This document shows positions 19,100 to 30,358 of a stretch of 64,000 nt of DNA, one piece after another (position 1 is the first letter of the stretch; every line of letters begins with the position of its first letter). The stretch is from assembly GCA_963755915.1 (NCBI GenBank), contig CAVWLP010000002.1, positions 2,624,001-2,688,000 on the forward strand, written 5' to 3'. Source of the stretch: an uncultured Phycisphaerales bacterium (GTDB taxonomy: Bacteria; Planctomycetota; Phycisphaerae; Tepidisphaerales; Tepidisphaeraceae). The translations under genes and the position numbers were made by a program. The notes under the pieces were generated by a model, which saw only the letters and a list, made by a program, of their open reading frames with translations, did not search any database and had not been told where the DNA came from.

Positions 19100-21141
19100 A
19101 TGCCGCTTCGCAATTACGGGCTTCTTACGGGCATTCTGGAAAATCATGGTCCACAGGACGGCGGTAATCCGCATTACCTGTTGGTCATCAAGGCGGGGTC
19201 GATCAACTATCGCATTTCGATTAACTCACAGTCGACGCCGGCAAAGGGAGATAATCCCTCTCCGATGCAATATCAAATTCTTAAAGGGCTAAAAGGCACA
19301 TCGCTTGCCAGGGCCATTAAAAATCGAAACCAATTTCTGCTTCATTCTCAGGACCCATCCGGGCCGACGCTGGACTACCTCCGCGATGGCATCCTGAAGA
19401 TGAGCGGCTTCGAAAGTGTTCCCGCACCCGGGCGGAGGCAGTCCAGTTCGCTGCAAAGCCTGATTGCCGACGCCGCGGAAGCAACGAGTGCCGGTGGATT
19501 CGTTGCCGTCTTCGGTTCCGGTTACCCCGACCAGGACGATCGCCCCCCTGGGCCCGGCAATGACCCCCAGCGCAACGCCTTTGGTTTTACGGGTGTCGAC
19601 AATGTTCACATGAATCAGGGCAACTATCTGCGGGTCGGCACGCACGACAACGGGCAGTATCAGGAAAACGGCATCCACCAGGACGGTGGAATCTTATTCT
19701 TTCAATCCGACGGCGATGTTAGCGGATTGTTCATCAAATTCGCCTACCAGGCCGTCCAGACAGATGACTTTGGCAACCCGGCGAATACCGGTGTTCCGGA
19801 ACTGGATTCGACCCAAGCCATCAAACCGGCCGTGCGAAAAACGCTGCTCAAACGTCCAGCCGCGTTGAAGAAGCTCAGCAAATCGGTTGCTTCTTCTTCA
19901 GCGGCGGAAGTGCCCATCTCCGGAACGTCGGGCGGAACCAGTACCGATGGTTTCGTTTTTGGGACGCCGGACACGCCCGATGATCCCAATCACAAGTTTG
20001 ACGATGACGACGACTCTCAATATGTCAATTCACCGTTCGTCAAAAATTTCGGCGTACTGGGAGTTCCCGAGCCCGTTCCCGGCCCGCGCGACGGGAAGTA
20101 CCCCACGATGGACCTGGCGGACGTGCTGGGGAAACCGGCGGTGAACAGCATTGCCAAAAACCCTCAAATCGTCTTCCACGTCGCCGGCACGCCGGCCGAA
20201 AGCAAGTATGCCAACGAACAAGCGGTGGCCGATTTGATGATGCAGGATTTCGATCCTTCGATCGATCAATCTCAGCAGCCCAAATTTTACTATCACGTTG
20301 GGGATGTCGTTTACTATTACGGCGAAGCACAGTTCTATTACGATCAATTCTATAAGCCTTACAAAGATTACCCGGGACCGATCTTCGCGATCCCCGGAAA
20401 CCACGATGGGATTACGTACACCCCCAGTATGGTTTCTCTGGACGGCTTCATCAAAGCATTTTGCGACGATCAGCCGCGACACTGGTCCGCGGCGGGGGGA
20501 ATCGGCCGATCGACGATGACGCAGCCCGGCGTCTATTTCACGCTCAACGCGCCGTTCGTTTCAATTATCGGCTTGTACACCAATTGCTCCGAGTTTTATG
20601 GGTACATCGACGACCAGCAGAAACTGTTCTTTTACAACGAATTGATGCGCTTGAAGCCCTTGCGGCAGAGTGGAGAAATAACGGCGGTGATCCTGGCGGT
20701 GCATCACAGTCCGATGTCGTATAATCGCGCCAAGCCGGGTTCGGCAACATTGATGCAGGCCCTCGACGCCGCTTGCAACCAGGCCGACTTTTGGCCCGAC
20801 GCCGTTTTTTCCGGTCACGCCCACATTTACCAACGCATGACGCGAACCGTTCCCGGAAACGACAACTGGCAAATTCCCTATATCATCAGCGGCAGCGGCG
20901 GATATACGGTCAATGCAAGTCAGGAAGTCGACAAGCAGGATATGTCGGCGATTGACGCCAGCGATCCGCAAAATCGCCTGCACCAGTTCTACGCGCACTA
21001 CGGGTACATGGTGGTTACCGTAACACCCGGCGACTCTTCCAATCCGCCGACCCTGCGCACCGAATTCCGCAGTCCCGACATCAACGCCGGGCGCCGACCG
21101 ACGTTTGCATTTTGAACCTGAATACCCATCAACTCATGTGA
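19100..21141 (+). CDS. DUF2278 (YukJ-like) domain fused to a purple-acid-phosphatase-type metallophosphoesterase
   Basis: N-terminal MPLRNYG...DNVHMNQGN...HQDGGILF; C-terminal GDVVY, GNHD, AVHH, GHAH; probable frameshift near 21090 (ORF track ends 21115). Confidence 0.8.
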
Positions 21142-21154
21142 CGGACTTTTTTCC

Positions 21155-21805
21155 ATGCTAATATTGGCGGACTCAAACGGGGCAAGCGCCTGGGTGGGGA
21201 TCATCATAGGCATGGGCGGCTTTGGCGTCGGCCTCTGGCAGTACCTCGTCGCACAGCAATGGAAAAGGGCGGAGTTTGTCGCCGGCACGATGAAGGATTT
21301 CTTCGCCAATCCGCAGGTCTCCACCGCCCTGCTTTTGCTGGACTATGCTCAAATCAAACTGAATGAGAAGGGAGAGCAATGTGTCGGGAATGAGCCCGGC
21401 GTGGTTTTCGATGAGAACCTCATTTGCAGCGGGCTGCGGCTTCACACCGAGTTCAGGAACGATGACGACTTCCTTTCGCCGCCGGAAATGGTCGTCCGCA
21501 TGTCGTTCGACGAGCTCTTCACGGAACTGGAAAACTTTCAGCATTTCATCGACACGGATTTGGTGACGCTCGGCGACATATTGCCCTATCTGTCGTATTG
21601 GCTGAATGTCCTAAGCAACCCGGGGACGAATTGGAAAGGTTCGCAGTTTTACATGTCGGTGAGCAAGTTCCTCCACGGCTACGACTACAGGGGCGCGACG
21701 GCATTGATCGAATCGTTCCAGCAGGCGAAGCTGGGCGCAATCGTGCTGCCTGCGGCCGAGGGGGTGAAGGCGTCGCCGGAAATTGAACGTGCCCCCAGAG
21801 GTTAG
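21155..21805 (+). CDS. Single-TM hypothetical protein (helical, DUF4760-like)
   Basis: N-terminal hydrophobic helix then QQWKRAEFVA..FF; FDELFTELENF. Confidence 0.65.
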   Translation: MLILADSNGASAWVGIIIGMGGFGVGLWQYLVAQQWKRAEFVAGTMKDFFANPQVSTALLLLDYAQIKLNEKGEQCVGNEPGVVFDENLICSGLRLHTEFRNDDDFLSPPEMVVRMSFDELFTELENFQHFIDTDLVTLGDILPYLSYWLNVLSNPGTNWKGSQFYMSVSKFLHGYDYRGATALIESFQQAKLGAIVLPAAEGVKASPEIERAPRG

Positions 21806-21821
21806 TTTGATGGGGTGGGAC

Positions 21822-23140
21822 CTAAAGCGCGCGGAATACCCGCTCCAATTTTTCGATGAGGAGATCGATTTCCTCCATCGTCACGCTCAATGTCGGACGG
21901 AGGCGGATGCTGTTCTTACCAGCGCCTAGCAGCAGAAGTGATTCTTTTTCGAGAGCGATGTCGAGCAGGGTGGATTTGGCGGCGGGGTTGTGGAGGCTGA
22001 AGCCCTGGTAGAGGCCGTAGCCGCGGGGGTTGAAGATGTCCCTGGGGAATTTGGCGACGAGGGAGTCTAGGCCGGCGCGGAGGCGGATGGTTTTTTCGGG
22101 GACTTGTTCGATGAGTTTTTCGCGGCGGATGATTTTGATTTCCTGGACGAAGCGGACCATGTCGGAGAGGGTTCCTCCCCAGGTGCTGTCGAGGACGCCG
22201 TGGTCGTCCATGGGGTAGAGCATATAGACGACACCGGTGCCGATTTTTTTGGCGGAGGCGACGGCCTGGGGCGGGTGGGGGAGATCGAACTGGTCGATAG
22301 CCCAGAAGGTTCCGCATTGGCCGCCGGCGGTTTGGACTTCGTCGAAGCCGAGGGAGGTTTGGTAGCGGTGGGCGAGTTCGCTGAGTTCGCGGAAGAAGCG
22401 GGGGAGGGCGATGCGATGGCCGCCGGCGCCCTGGAGGGGCTCGATAATGATGCCGGCGATTTCGTCGGGATATTTTTTCAGGATGGTCTCGATCGCAACA
22501 AGGCTCTGTTCGGCGGCGGATTCGTTTTCGAGGTCGGATCGGGAGGTGTCGATGAAGGGGAAGGGGACTTCGAGGTTGCCGGTGACGAAGCCGTGGAAAT
22601 CGCGGGTGATGATGGGATCGTGGGTGAGCTGGGTGACGTGGAGCGCAAAATGGTTCGGCCGTGAAAGGCCTGGTCGAAATGGATGAAGCGGCCGGCGACG
22701 GGGGTTTTACCGGCCTTTTTCAGCTTCTGGTGGTAGAGGTTGATGAAATATTTCATCATGTTCTCGACGGCTTCCGCGCCGGAATTGACGGCGTAAACTT
22801 CTAGCCGCGGGTTGCGCATCGATTTTGGGGCGAGGTCGTGAAGGAGGCGATAGAAATCGAGGCACTGGGGGGTGAGGAAGTCGGGGTTGGCGGTTTTATT
22901 GTTGGCGGCGAGGATGAGATTTTTGAGATAGTCCGGCTCGCTGAGGCCGGGGTGATTGTGGGCGATGAGTTTGGCGCCGAAGTAGCCGGCCCAGTCGAAG
23001 ATTTCACGGCCGTCGATGGTGGCGAGGAAAGAGCCGTGGGATTTTTCGAGGTCGAGGACGAAGGGGTAGGGCTCGGCGATGACGTATTTGGAGAGTTCGT
23101 CGAGCATTTGCTGGGTCTGATTGGGTGCGGCGGGTGGCAT
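21822..23140 (-). CDS. lat: Class III aminotransferase, L-lysine 6-transaminase-like (frameshift near 22650)
   Basis: VLDLEKSHGS, NKTANPD, SGAEAVEN, AFHGRT, FDEVQT, AKK, STWGG. Confidence 0.75.
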
Positions 23141-23142
23141 AG

Positions 23143-24108
23143 TCAGATGATTCTATCGCGAAGGGGGGTGCTGGTTTGGAAGAGTTTGAGGTTTGCGAGG
23201 AAATGATCGACGACGCGGTCGAATTCGTCGGCGGAGCCGCCGGCGGTGTGGGGGGTGATGTGGCAGTTGGGGGTTTTCCAGAGAGCATGGTCGGGGGGAA
23301 GGGGTTCCGGGACGGTGACGTCGAGATAGGCGGCGGCGAGTTTGCCGGAATCAAGCGCGGCGATGAGGGCAGATTGGTCGACGGTGGTGCCGCGGCCGAT
23401 GTTGTAGAAGATCGCGCCCGGTTTCATCTTGGAGAAGCGGGTTGGGGTGAAGAAATTGTCGGTGGCGGGGGAGGAGGGGAGGATGTCGATGACGTGGTCG
23501 GCTTGGGGGAGGAGCTTGTCGATCATCGAGACGGGGTGGGTGGGGATGGGCTCATTGCCGCGCGGGGTTTGGCGGACCGCTGAGAGGTTCATGCGGAGGA
23601 GCATTAGAAGTTCGGTCAGGCGGCGGGCGATGGCGCCGAAGCCGATCAAAAGGGCGGATTGATTCGTCAGAAGACGCGAGCGGGCGCGGAGGTTTTCGAT
23701 GGGCCAGGCGCGGGGGCCAAGCTGGTTGGCGATTGCGTTGGGCAGGGCGCGGGCGTTGGCGAGCATGAAGGCGAGGACGTGCTGGGCGCAGGGTTCGTTG
23801 AAGACGGAGGAAGCGGTGGTGAAGATGGTGCCGCGCTGGGTGAGGGCGGCGCGGAGGTCGGGGCGGTCGTAGCGGGTGTAGCCGGCGGTGGTGAGCTGGA
23901 TCCATTTCAGGCGGTCGAGAGAGAGGAGCTGGGTGGGGTCGGGCTGGCCGAAGGCGATGTCGGCTTGAGGGAGGAGGGGGTCGGGGCCGGAGGCGGAGAG
24001 GTTGCCGGTGCGCTGGGGGGTGAAGAGGATTTTATTGGGGGCGGCGGATTGGATGAGGCGGGAATCGGTTTCGGGGGGGAGGTGGGCGTTGGTCCAGATG
24101 GTGAGCAT
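23143..24108 (-). CDS. D-2-hydroxyacid dehydrogenase family protein
   Basis: GFGAIAR, NIGRGTTVD, LDVTVPEPLP, TPHTAG. Confidence 0.92.
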   Translation of the reverse strand: MLTIWTNAHLPPETDSRLIQSAAPNKILFTPQRTGNLSASGPDPLLPQADIAFGQPDPTQLLSLDRLKWIQLTTAGYTRYDRPDLRAALTQRGTIFTTASSVFNEPCAQHVLAFMLANARALPNAIANQLGPRAWPIENLRARSRLLTNQSALLIGFGAIARRLTELLMLLRMNLSAVRQTPRGNEPIPTHPVSMIDKLLPQADHVIDILPSSPATDNFFTPTRFSKMKPGAIFYNIGRGTTVDQSALIAALDSGKLAAAYLDVTVPEPLPPDHALWKTPNCHITPHTAGGSADEFDRVVDHFLANLKLFQTSTPLRDRII

Positions 24109-24190
24109 GGGGGGAGGATAACGCAAAAAATGTTAGCAGAGTATGATGGGAATGCCGATTGCCAAATGCCGAATGATGGAGGAAAAGTAG

Positions 24191-26498
24191 ATGACGGCGA
24201 TGCCGATTATGGTGGGGGTTTTGTGTGTGATGGCGATTGCGTATCGCTATTACAGTGCTTTTTTGGCGGCGCGGGTGGCGGTGCTGGATGATTCGCGGGT
24301 GACGCCGGCGGAAAAGTTTAATGATGGGCAGAATTTTCATCCTACGAGCAAGTGGGTTTTGTTTGGGCATCATTTTGCGGCGATCAGCGGGGCTGGGCCA
24401 CTGATTGGGCCGGTGTTGGCGGCGCAGTTTGGGTATCTGCCGGGGCTGCTTTGGATTGTGATCGGGGTTTGTCTGGCGGGGGCGGTGCAGGATTTTCTTG
24501 TGCTCTCCATGAGCATTCGGCGCGGGGAAGAGTTTGGCGCATATGGCGTATGAAGAGGTGGGGAGAGTCGCGGGGTGGGCGGCTATTTTGGCGATTGTTT
24601 TTATTTTGGTGATTGCGCTGGCGGGACTTGGGAGAGTCGTGGTGAATGCGCTGGGAGGGGGGACGGTGGTGATGCCGCCGGGGAGTGAGTTGGTGGGGCC
24701 GAGGATGAGCGATGTGAAGGGGGCGATTTTGACGGCGCGGGCGGGGACGGAACTGGTGTGGAATGGGGGGAAGTCGCGGGTGAAGTATGGGGAGCCGTTT
24801 GAGGTGAAGGGGAGCGGGTTTGCGGAGAGTGGGGGGGCGATTGTGCTGCCGGCGAAGGCGGTGAGGCTGGTGCCGGGGAGTCCGTGGGGGACGTTTACGA
24901 TCGCGTGCACGGTTCCGATTGCGCTGGGGGTGGGACTATATATGTATCGGATTCGCAAAGGGAAAGTTGTGGAGGCTTCGATTATTGGGGGCGTGCTGAC
25001 GCTGGCGGCGACGGTGTTTGGGGGGTGGGTGGCGGAACATGGGGTGGGGCGGTGGTTTAGTTTGAGCGGGACGGAGATTGTCTGGGCGATGGCGATTTAT
25101 GGGTTTGTGGCGAGCGTGTTGCCGGTGTGGTTGTTGCTGACGCCTCGGGATTATCTGAGTAGTTTTTTGAAGATCGGGACGATTGATTTGCTGGTGATAG
25201 GGACGATCATCGCGAATCCGAAGATGCAGGCGCCGATGTATAACGCGGTGTTTGCGGGAGGTGGGCCGGTGGTGGGGAGCGGGTCGGCGGCGGTGCCGGG
25301 GAGGATTTTTCCGTTTTTGTTCATCACGATCATGTGCGGGGCGATCAGTGGGTTTCATGCGCTGGTGAGCAGCGGGACTACGCCGAAGATGATTCGCAAG
25401 GAGAGCGATGCGCGGACGATTGGGTATGGGGCGATGCTTGTCGAGGGGCTGGTGGGGGTGGTGGCGATCATCGCGGCGGCGACGCTGCATCCGGGGGATT
25501 ATTATGCGATGAATATGGATTTGGCGAAGACGCCGGTGTTTCATGAGAAGCTGGTGCGGATCGGGGCGGATATCGATCATCTGAATGTTTACGACGATTA
25601 CACGCAGGAATCGCTGCGCGGGAGGACGGGCGGGGCGGTGACGCTGGCGGTGGGGATGGCGAATATTTTTGAGCAGGCGTGCGGGAAATTTGTGACGGCC
25701 GGGGGGAATGTGACACGGGCGCTTTGGAAGTACTGGTATCACTTCGCGATCATGTTTGAGGCGCTGTTTATCCTCACGACCATTGATGCGGGGACGCGGA
25801 TTGGACGATTTTTATTGCAGGAGATTTTTGGGCTGGTGAATCCGAAGTTTGGGAGGACGGACTGGTGGCCGGGGACGATCGTGAGCACGGGGCTGATCGT
25901 GGTTGGGTGGGCGTATTTCATTAATGCGGATTCGTTCGCCGCGATCTGGACAATGTTCGGGATCGCGAACCAGATGCTGGCGGTGATCGCGCTGGCGGTG
26001 GTGACGGTGATTTTGGCGCGGGAGGGGAAGAGGAAGTATCTGTGGGTGTCGGCAGCGCCGATGCTGCTGGTGGCGACGACGACCACCACCGCGGCGATGG
26101 AGATGTTGTATGGGGACCAGGTGACGATTTCGACGCAGCTTGCAAAAGATGTGGCGGATTATGCGGTGGTGACTTCGGCCGCGATCAGTGCGGGGCTGAT
26201 CGTGGCGATGGTGGTTTGTACGTATGTGATCGTGTGGTCGGGGATTTTGCGAGTGTGGGTGAAGGGGCGGGGGGTGGTGCCGGAGATTCGAGGGGAGGCG
26301 GCATTCTGGAAGGATTGCCGATTGCCGATTTCCAATTTCCGATTGAAGAAGAGGCGGTGCGAAGTGGGGAAATATGAGGGGGTTGCGCCTAGAATGGGTT
26401 TGCGAGCGTGGTGGCGAAAAATCGGCTCATCCGTCTTGTTGACATTGGTTTGGCGCGATTTATACTCTCCCCCCTTCCGAGCTTCCGGTACGCGCTGA
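24191..26498 (+). CDS. cstA: Carbon starvation protein A (peptide/pyruvate transporter); frameshift near 24525; true stop probably before about 26350
   Basis: [77 protein letters not shown]. Confidence 0.93.
26313..26347. repeat. Degenerate 7-mer tandem repeat (GATTGCC-type); a similar one lies at 24151-24178
   Basis: gattgcc gattgcc gatttcc aatttcc gattgaa. Confidence 0.6.
26439..26466 (+). promoter_or_regulatory. Sigma70 promoter for the tRNA-Thr/tuf operon
   Basis: TTGACA-N16-TATACT. Confidence 0.75.
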
Positions 26499-26530
26499 AG
26501 AAGCGTTTTTTCCGGGAGGAATCGGTCGCG

Positions 26531-26554
26531 GACTTCGGCGAGCTCAGTCGAGCC
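26531..26554 (+). repeat. 24-nt element GACTTCGGCGAGCTCAGTCGAGCC
   Basis: Identical to 32772-32795. Confidence 0.85.
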
Positions 26555-26604
26555 GCGCTGCCGAGGGCGCTGGTGCAGCCCAGGTGGGCATCGCTGGGCG
26601 TCAC

Positions 26605-26676
26605 GCTGGCATAGCTCAGCGGCAGAGCGCCACCTTGGTAAGGTGGAGGTCCTGGGTTCAATCCCCAGTGCCAGCT
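26605..26676 (+). tRNA. tRNA-Thr(GGT)
   Basis: Acceptor GCTGGCA/TGCCAGC; anticodon arm CCACC-TTGGTAA-GGTGG; GGTTCAATCC T-arm; CCA not encoded. Confidence 0.96.
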
Positions 26677-26737
26677 TGCGAAGAAAAGTTATCGACAGGT
26701 TTCTTAAAAGGCTCTATAGATCTGGAGGTTTTAAGCC

Positions 26738-27937
26738 ATGGCCAAGGGTGAATTCAAACGTACGAAGCCGCACGTGAACGTCGGAACGATCGGTCACATC
26801 GACCACGGGAAGACGACTCTGACGGCGGCGCTGAGCGCGCGGGCGGCGGCGAGGTTCGGGATCGAGGCGAAGGACTATAAGTCGATCGCCAAGGGCGGAA
26901 CCGAGCGTGACGCGACCAAGACGGTCACGATTTCCGCGGCGCACGTGGAATATGAATCGGACAAGAGGCACTACGCGCACGTGGACTGTCCGGGTCACGC
27001 GGACTACATCAAGAACATGATCACCGGGGCTGCGCAGATGGACGGGGCGATCCTGGTCGTCTCCGCGGCGGACGGGCCGATGCCGCAGACGCGCGAGCAT
27101 ATTCTTCTGGCTCGGCAGGTGGGCGTGCCGAAGATCGTGGTGTTCCTTAACAAGATTGACCTTGGTCGACGATCCGGAGTTGCTGGAACTCGTCGATATG
27201 GAGATTCGGGAGCTGCTGACGAAGTATGGGTTCCCGGGTGACACGACGCCGATCATTCGCGGGTCGTCCCTTCCGGCGTATCAGAATCCGAAGGACGACA
27301 AGGCTTGCAAGCCGATCGACGATCTGGTGAAGGCGCTGGACGAGTATGTTCCGATTCCGCAGCGCGAGATCGACAAGCCATTTTTGATGCCGATCGAAGA
27401 CGTGTTCAGCATCAAGGGCCGCGGCACGGTCGGTACTGGGCGTATCGAGCGCGGGCGGGTGAAGATCGGTGAGACCGATTGAGATCGTCGGGCTGAAGCC
27501 GAATCGGAATACGGTCGTGACCGGCGTTGAGGCGTTTAATAAGACGCTGGATGAAGGTCAGGCGGGCGAGAACGTGGGCGTGCTTCTGCGAGGCGTTGAA
27601 AAGGACGATCTTGAGCGCGGCCAGGTTCTGGCGGCGCCGAAGAGCATCACGCCGCACACGAAGTTCGAGGCGGAAGTTTACATGCTGACGAAGGAAGAGG
27701 GAGGTCGGCATACGCCGTTCTTCAACGGATATCGTCCGCAGTTTTATTTCCGGACGACGGACGTGACCGGGACGCGCGAAGTTGAAAGGCGGAGCGGAAA
27801 TGGTGATGCCGGGCGACAACGTCACGATGGAAGTGGAATTGATGGCTCCGATCGCGATGGAAGAGAAGCTGCGTTTCGCGGTTCGCGAGGGCGGCAAGAC
27901 CGTTGGTTCGGGCGTGGTGACGAAGATTCTGGCGTAA
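26738..27937 (+). CDS. tuf: Elongation factor Tu (3 apparent frameshifts)
   Basis: [53 protein letters not shown]. Confidence 0.97.
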
Positions 27938-28032
27938 AACGCCGGCCAATGTGGACCTGGCGTTGGAGCAAGATCGGTGGCCAGTGGATTGAGCTCCGCT
28001 GGCTGCTGATTTCTTAGAATGTGAGTTGATTT

Positions 28033-28197
28033 ATGGCAAAGAAAACCGCGAAATGGTGTGGCTGCAATGCACGGAGACGGGCGATCTGAACTACCGGACG
28101 GAATTGAAGGTGGTAGGCGGGTGCCCCCAAGATCGAGTTGAAGAAGTATTGCCGGCGACTGCGGAAACATACGTTGCATAAGATTAAGAGGAAGTAG
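28033..28197 (+). CDS. rpmG: 50S ribosomal protein L33 (frameshifts)
   Basis: REMVWLQCTETGDLNYRT...IELKKYCRRLRKHTLHK; canonical position between tuf and secE. Confidence 0.88.
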
Positions 28198-28230
28198 CGG
28201 CAGAATGCTGGCCGCTAGCCTGCAAGCCTT

Positions 28231-28303
28231 ACGCCAGTAGCTCAATTGGCAGAGCAGCCGTCTCCAAAGCGGCAGGTTGGGGGTTCGATTCCCTCCTGGC
28301 GTG
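28231..28303 (+). tRNA. tRNA-Trp(CCA)
   Basis: Acceptor ACGCCAG/CTGGCGT; anticodon loop CTCCAAA; GGTTCGATTCC. Confidence 0.96.
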
Positions 28304-28312
28304 TGAGATAAT

Positions 28313-28885
28313 ATGGAATCGACGAAGATAAAAGTCGAAAGACGCAATGAGCGAAGTGGAAGATTCAGGAAGGGCAGAACCCAAAGCCTTCGCACGCCCG
28401 CGCCGAGGCGCCGGATGCGGGCGGGGGATATTTCCATATATATAAGAAGGGGCAGGGATACTGGACGCGAATGGGGACGGTGGCGGCGGCGGGATTGCTG
28501 GGGCTGCTGACCGGGAATTTTCTCTATACGCAGAGCAGCGGTGGTTGTAGAGGACGGGGCGAGTCGCGGATTTCATGGCGAAGATTCATCTCCAGGATCC
28601 GCGCGGGGCGTATGTGCTGGTTCTGGTCTTTACGATTGTGTATTGCGTGCGGTTGCGTTTCACTTCATGAACAAGCCGACTAGCGTGGATTTTCTGATCG
28701 CCACCGACAGCGAGATGAAGAAAGTGAACTGGACGACCAAGAAGGAATTGATGGGGTCGACCAAGGTGGTGATCGGTTTTGTATTTGTGATGGCGCTGGT
28801 GTTGTTTTTTTATGACTTGTTCTTCCAGTTTTTGTTTTACGTTCTGGGAGTTTTAAAGACGCCCCCGTTTTTCCTGGGCCATTAG
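28313..28885 (+). CDS. secE: Preprotein translocase subunit SecE (frameshifts)
   Basis: FLIATDSEMKKVNWTTKKELMGSTKVVI; position between tRNA-Trp and nusG. Confidence 0.88.
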
Positions 28886-28914
28886 AATCGGGCCATTAGA
28901 ATCGAGTTTGGGAT

Positions 28915-29460
28915 ATGCAATTTTTCGTCTTGAGAGTGGCGAGCAATAAAGAAGACCGGGTGCGTGAATCGCTTGCGCGGAAGGTGAAGATCGAAGGGCT
29001 GGAATCGCAGGTGGGGAGGATACTCGTACCGGTGGAGCGGGTGCGGCAGATCAAGGACGGCAAGCGCCGCGACACGGACCGGAAGCTTTATCCCGGGTAT
29101 GTGTTCATCGAGCTGGAGCTGGATAAGAACGGGATGATCCCGGAAAAAGTCTGGTTCATGATCAAGGAGACGGATGGGGTGGGGGATTTCATCGGGTCGA
29201 ACGGGAAGCCGACGCCGATGAGCCCGAAGGACCAGGCGAAGATGCTGGAAGAGGCGGAACGTCCGGACGACAGCGGGCCGACGATTCAGACGTCGTATAA
29301 GAGAGGGGACCGGATCAAGGTGACGGAAGGGCCGTTCGTGAATTTCGAGGGGGATGTGGATGAGATCATCGCGGACAAGGGGATGGTGAGGATCATCGCG
29401 ACGATATTCGGGCGGCCTACGCCGCTGGAACTGGAATACTGGCAGATTGAGAAAATTTAA
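28915..29460 (+). CDS. nusG: Transcription termination/antitermination factor NusG
   Basis: LYPGYVF, KOW GDRIKVTEGPF, IFGRPTPLEL. Confidence 0.97.
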   Translation: MQFFVLRVASNKEDRVRESLARKVKIEGLESQVGRILVPVERVRQIKDGKRRDTDRKLYPGYVFIELELDKNGMIPEKVWFMIKETDGVGDFIGSNGKPTPMSPKDQAKMLEEAERPDDSGPTIQTSYKRGDRIKVTEGPFVNFEGDVDEIIADKGMVRIIATIFGRPTPLELEYWQIEKI

Positions 29461-29472
29461 GCGGAGTTAGTC

Positions 29473-29902
29473 ATGGCGAAGAAAGAGATAACGGTACAGT
29501 TTAAGTTGCAGGCGCCTGGCGGGACGGCTACGCCTGCGCCGCCGATCGGGCCGGCGCTGGGCCAGCATGGCGTGAACCCGGGGCAGTTTATTCAGCGGTT
29601 TAATGCGATGTCGGCGCACCTCAAGGGGAAAGTCATTGGATGCCTGGTGACGGTGTACAAGGATCGCACGTTTGATATTGAGCTGAAGAGCCCGCCGGCG
29701 AGCGTGCTGCTGAAGGACGCGGTGAAGGCGGAGAAGGGGAGCGGGGAGCCGAATAAGAATAAGATCGGCAAGGTGACGATGGCACAGTGCAAGGCGATCG
29801 CGAAGGAGAAGGGGAAGGATCTGAACGCGTTTGATGAGGAGCATGCGGCGCAGGATTATCGCGGGGACGGCGCGGAGTATGGGGATTGTGGTGGAGGGGT
29901 AA
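29473..29902 (+). CDS. rplK: 50S ribosomal protein L11 (frameshift near 29850)
   Basis: ATPAPPIGPALGQHGVN; ...IIAGTARSMGI in the shifted frame. Confidence 0.95.
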
Positions 29903-29911
29903 TGTTTTTCC

Positions 29912-29961
29912 CCCTCTTTCCCCCTCGCCCGGTACTCCGGGAGAGGGTTGGGGTGAGGGCC
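29912..29961 (-). repeat. REP-like palindrome GGCCCTCACCCCAACCCTCTCCCGGAGTACCGGGCGAGGG
   Basis: Hairpin; interrupted sister copy at 54200-54275. Confidence 0.8.
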
Positions 29962-29965
29962 AGCA

Positions 29966-30295
29966 ATGAACATATCGTCACGAACCCCGGAAGGAGAGCC
30001 CGGGCTTTGCCCGATTTGCGGGGCCTTTGCACAGATTGAGCCGAGCTTGTTCTTTGGGGATGCTCCCTGTCCGGCGTGCGGATCGCTGTTGTGGTTTGTG
30101 AGGCTTGGGCCTCAGGTCTTGGTGTTTTGGCCGAGCCACGAATCGCGACGGAAGGGATTGACGAGATTTCTAGCCGAGCGCTTGGGGGTGGGTGAATCGC
30201 AAGTGGGGGCTCATATCGAGTCGCTTGGTAGCGAAGACTTGGATTCCTTGGAATTGGTTGAGCTGATTATAGAATTAGAGGAATCGCCAGAATAG
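29966..30295 (+). CDS. Small protein: CxxC..CxxC zinc ribbon fused to an acyl-carrier-protein-like domain
   Basis: ISSRTPEG..CPICG...CPACG; C-terminal LDSLELVELIIELEE. Confidence 0.7.
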   Translation: MNISSRTPEGEPGLCPICGAFAQIEPSLFFGDAPCPACGSLLWFVRLGPQVLVFWPSHESRRKGLTRFLAERLGVGESQVGAHIESLGSEDLDSLELVELIIELEESPE

Positions 30296-30358
30296 GAGCC
30301 GCATTTACTCCCGCACCCAGTATTCGCGGAGAACCCAATTGTTTTAGGTCGTGAACCG

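Noticed and set aside
28876-28904. 14-bp tandem duplication GGGCCATTAGAATC at the secE stop as an insertion scar
   Set aside because: Nothing lies between the copies; simple slippage or an assembly artefact is sufficient.
26738-29902. Frameshifts in tuf, rpmG, secE, rplK and many other genes as pseudogenes or programmed frameshifting
   Set aside because: They hit essential genes, are scattered 1-nt indels often in homopolymers, and show no common slippery motif. Uncorrected long-read errors are the simplest explanation.
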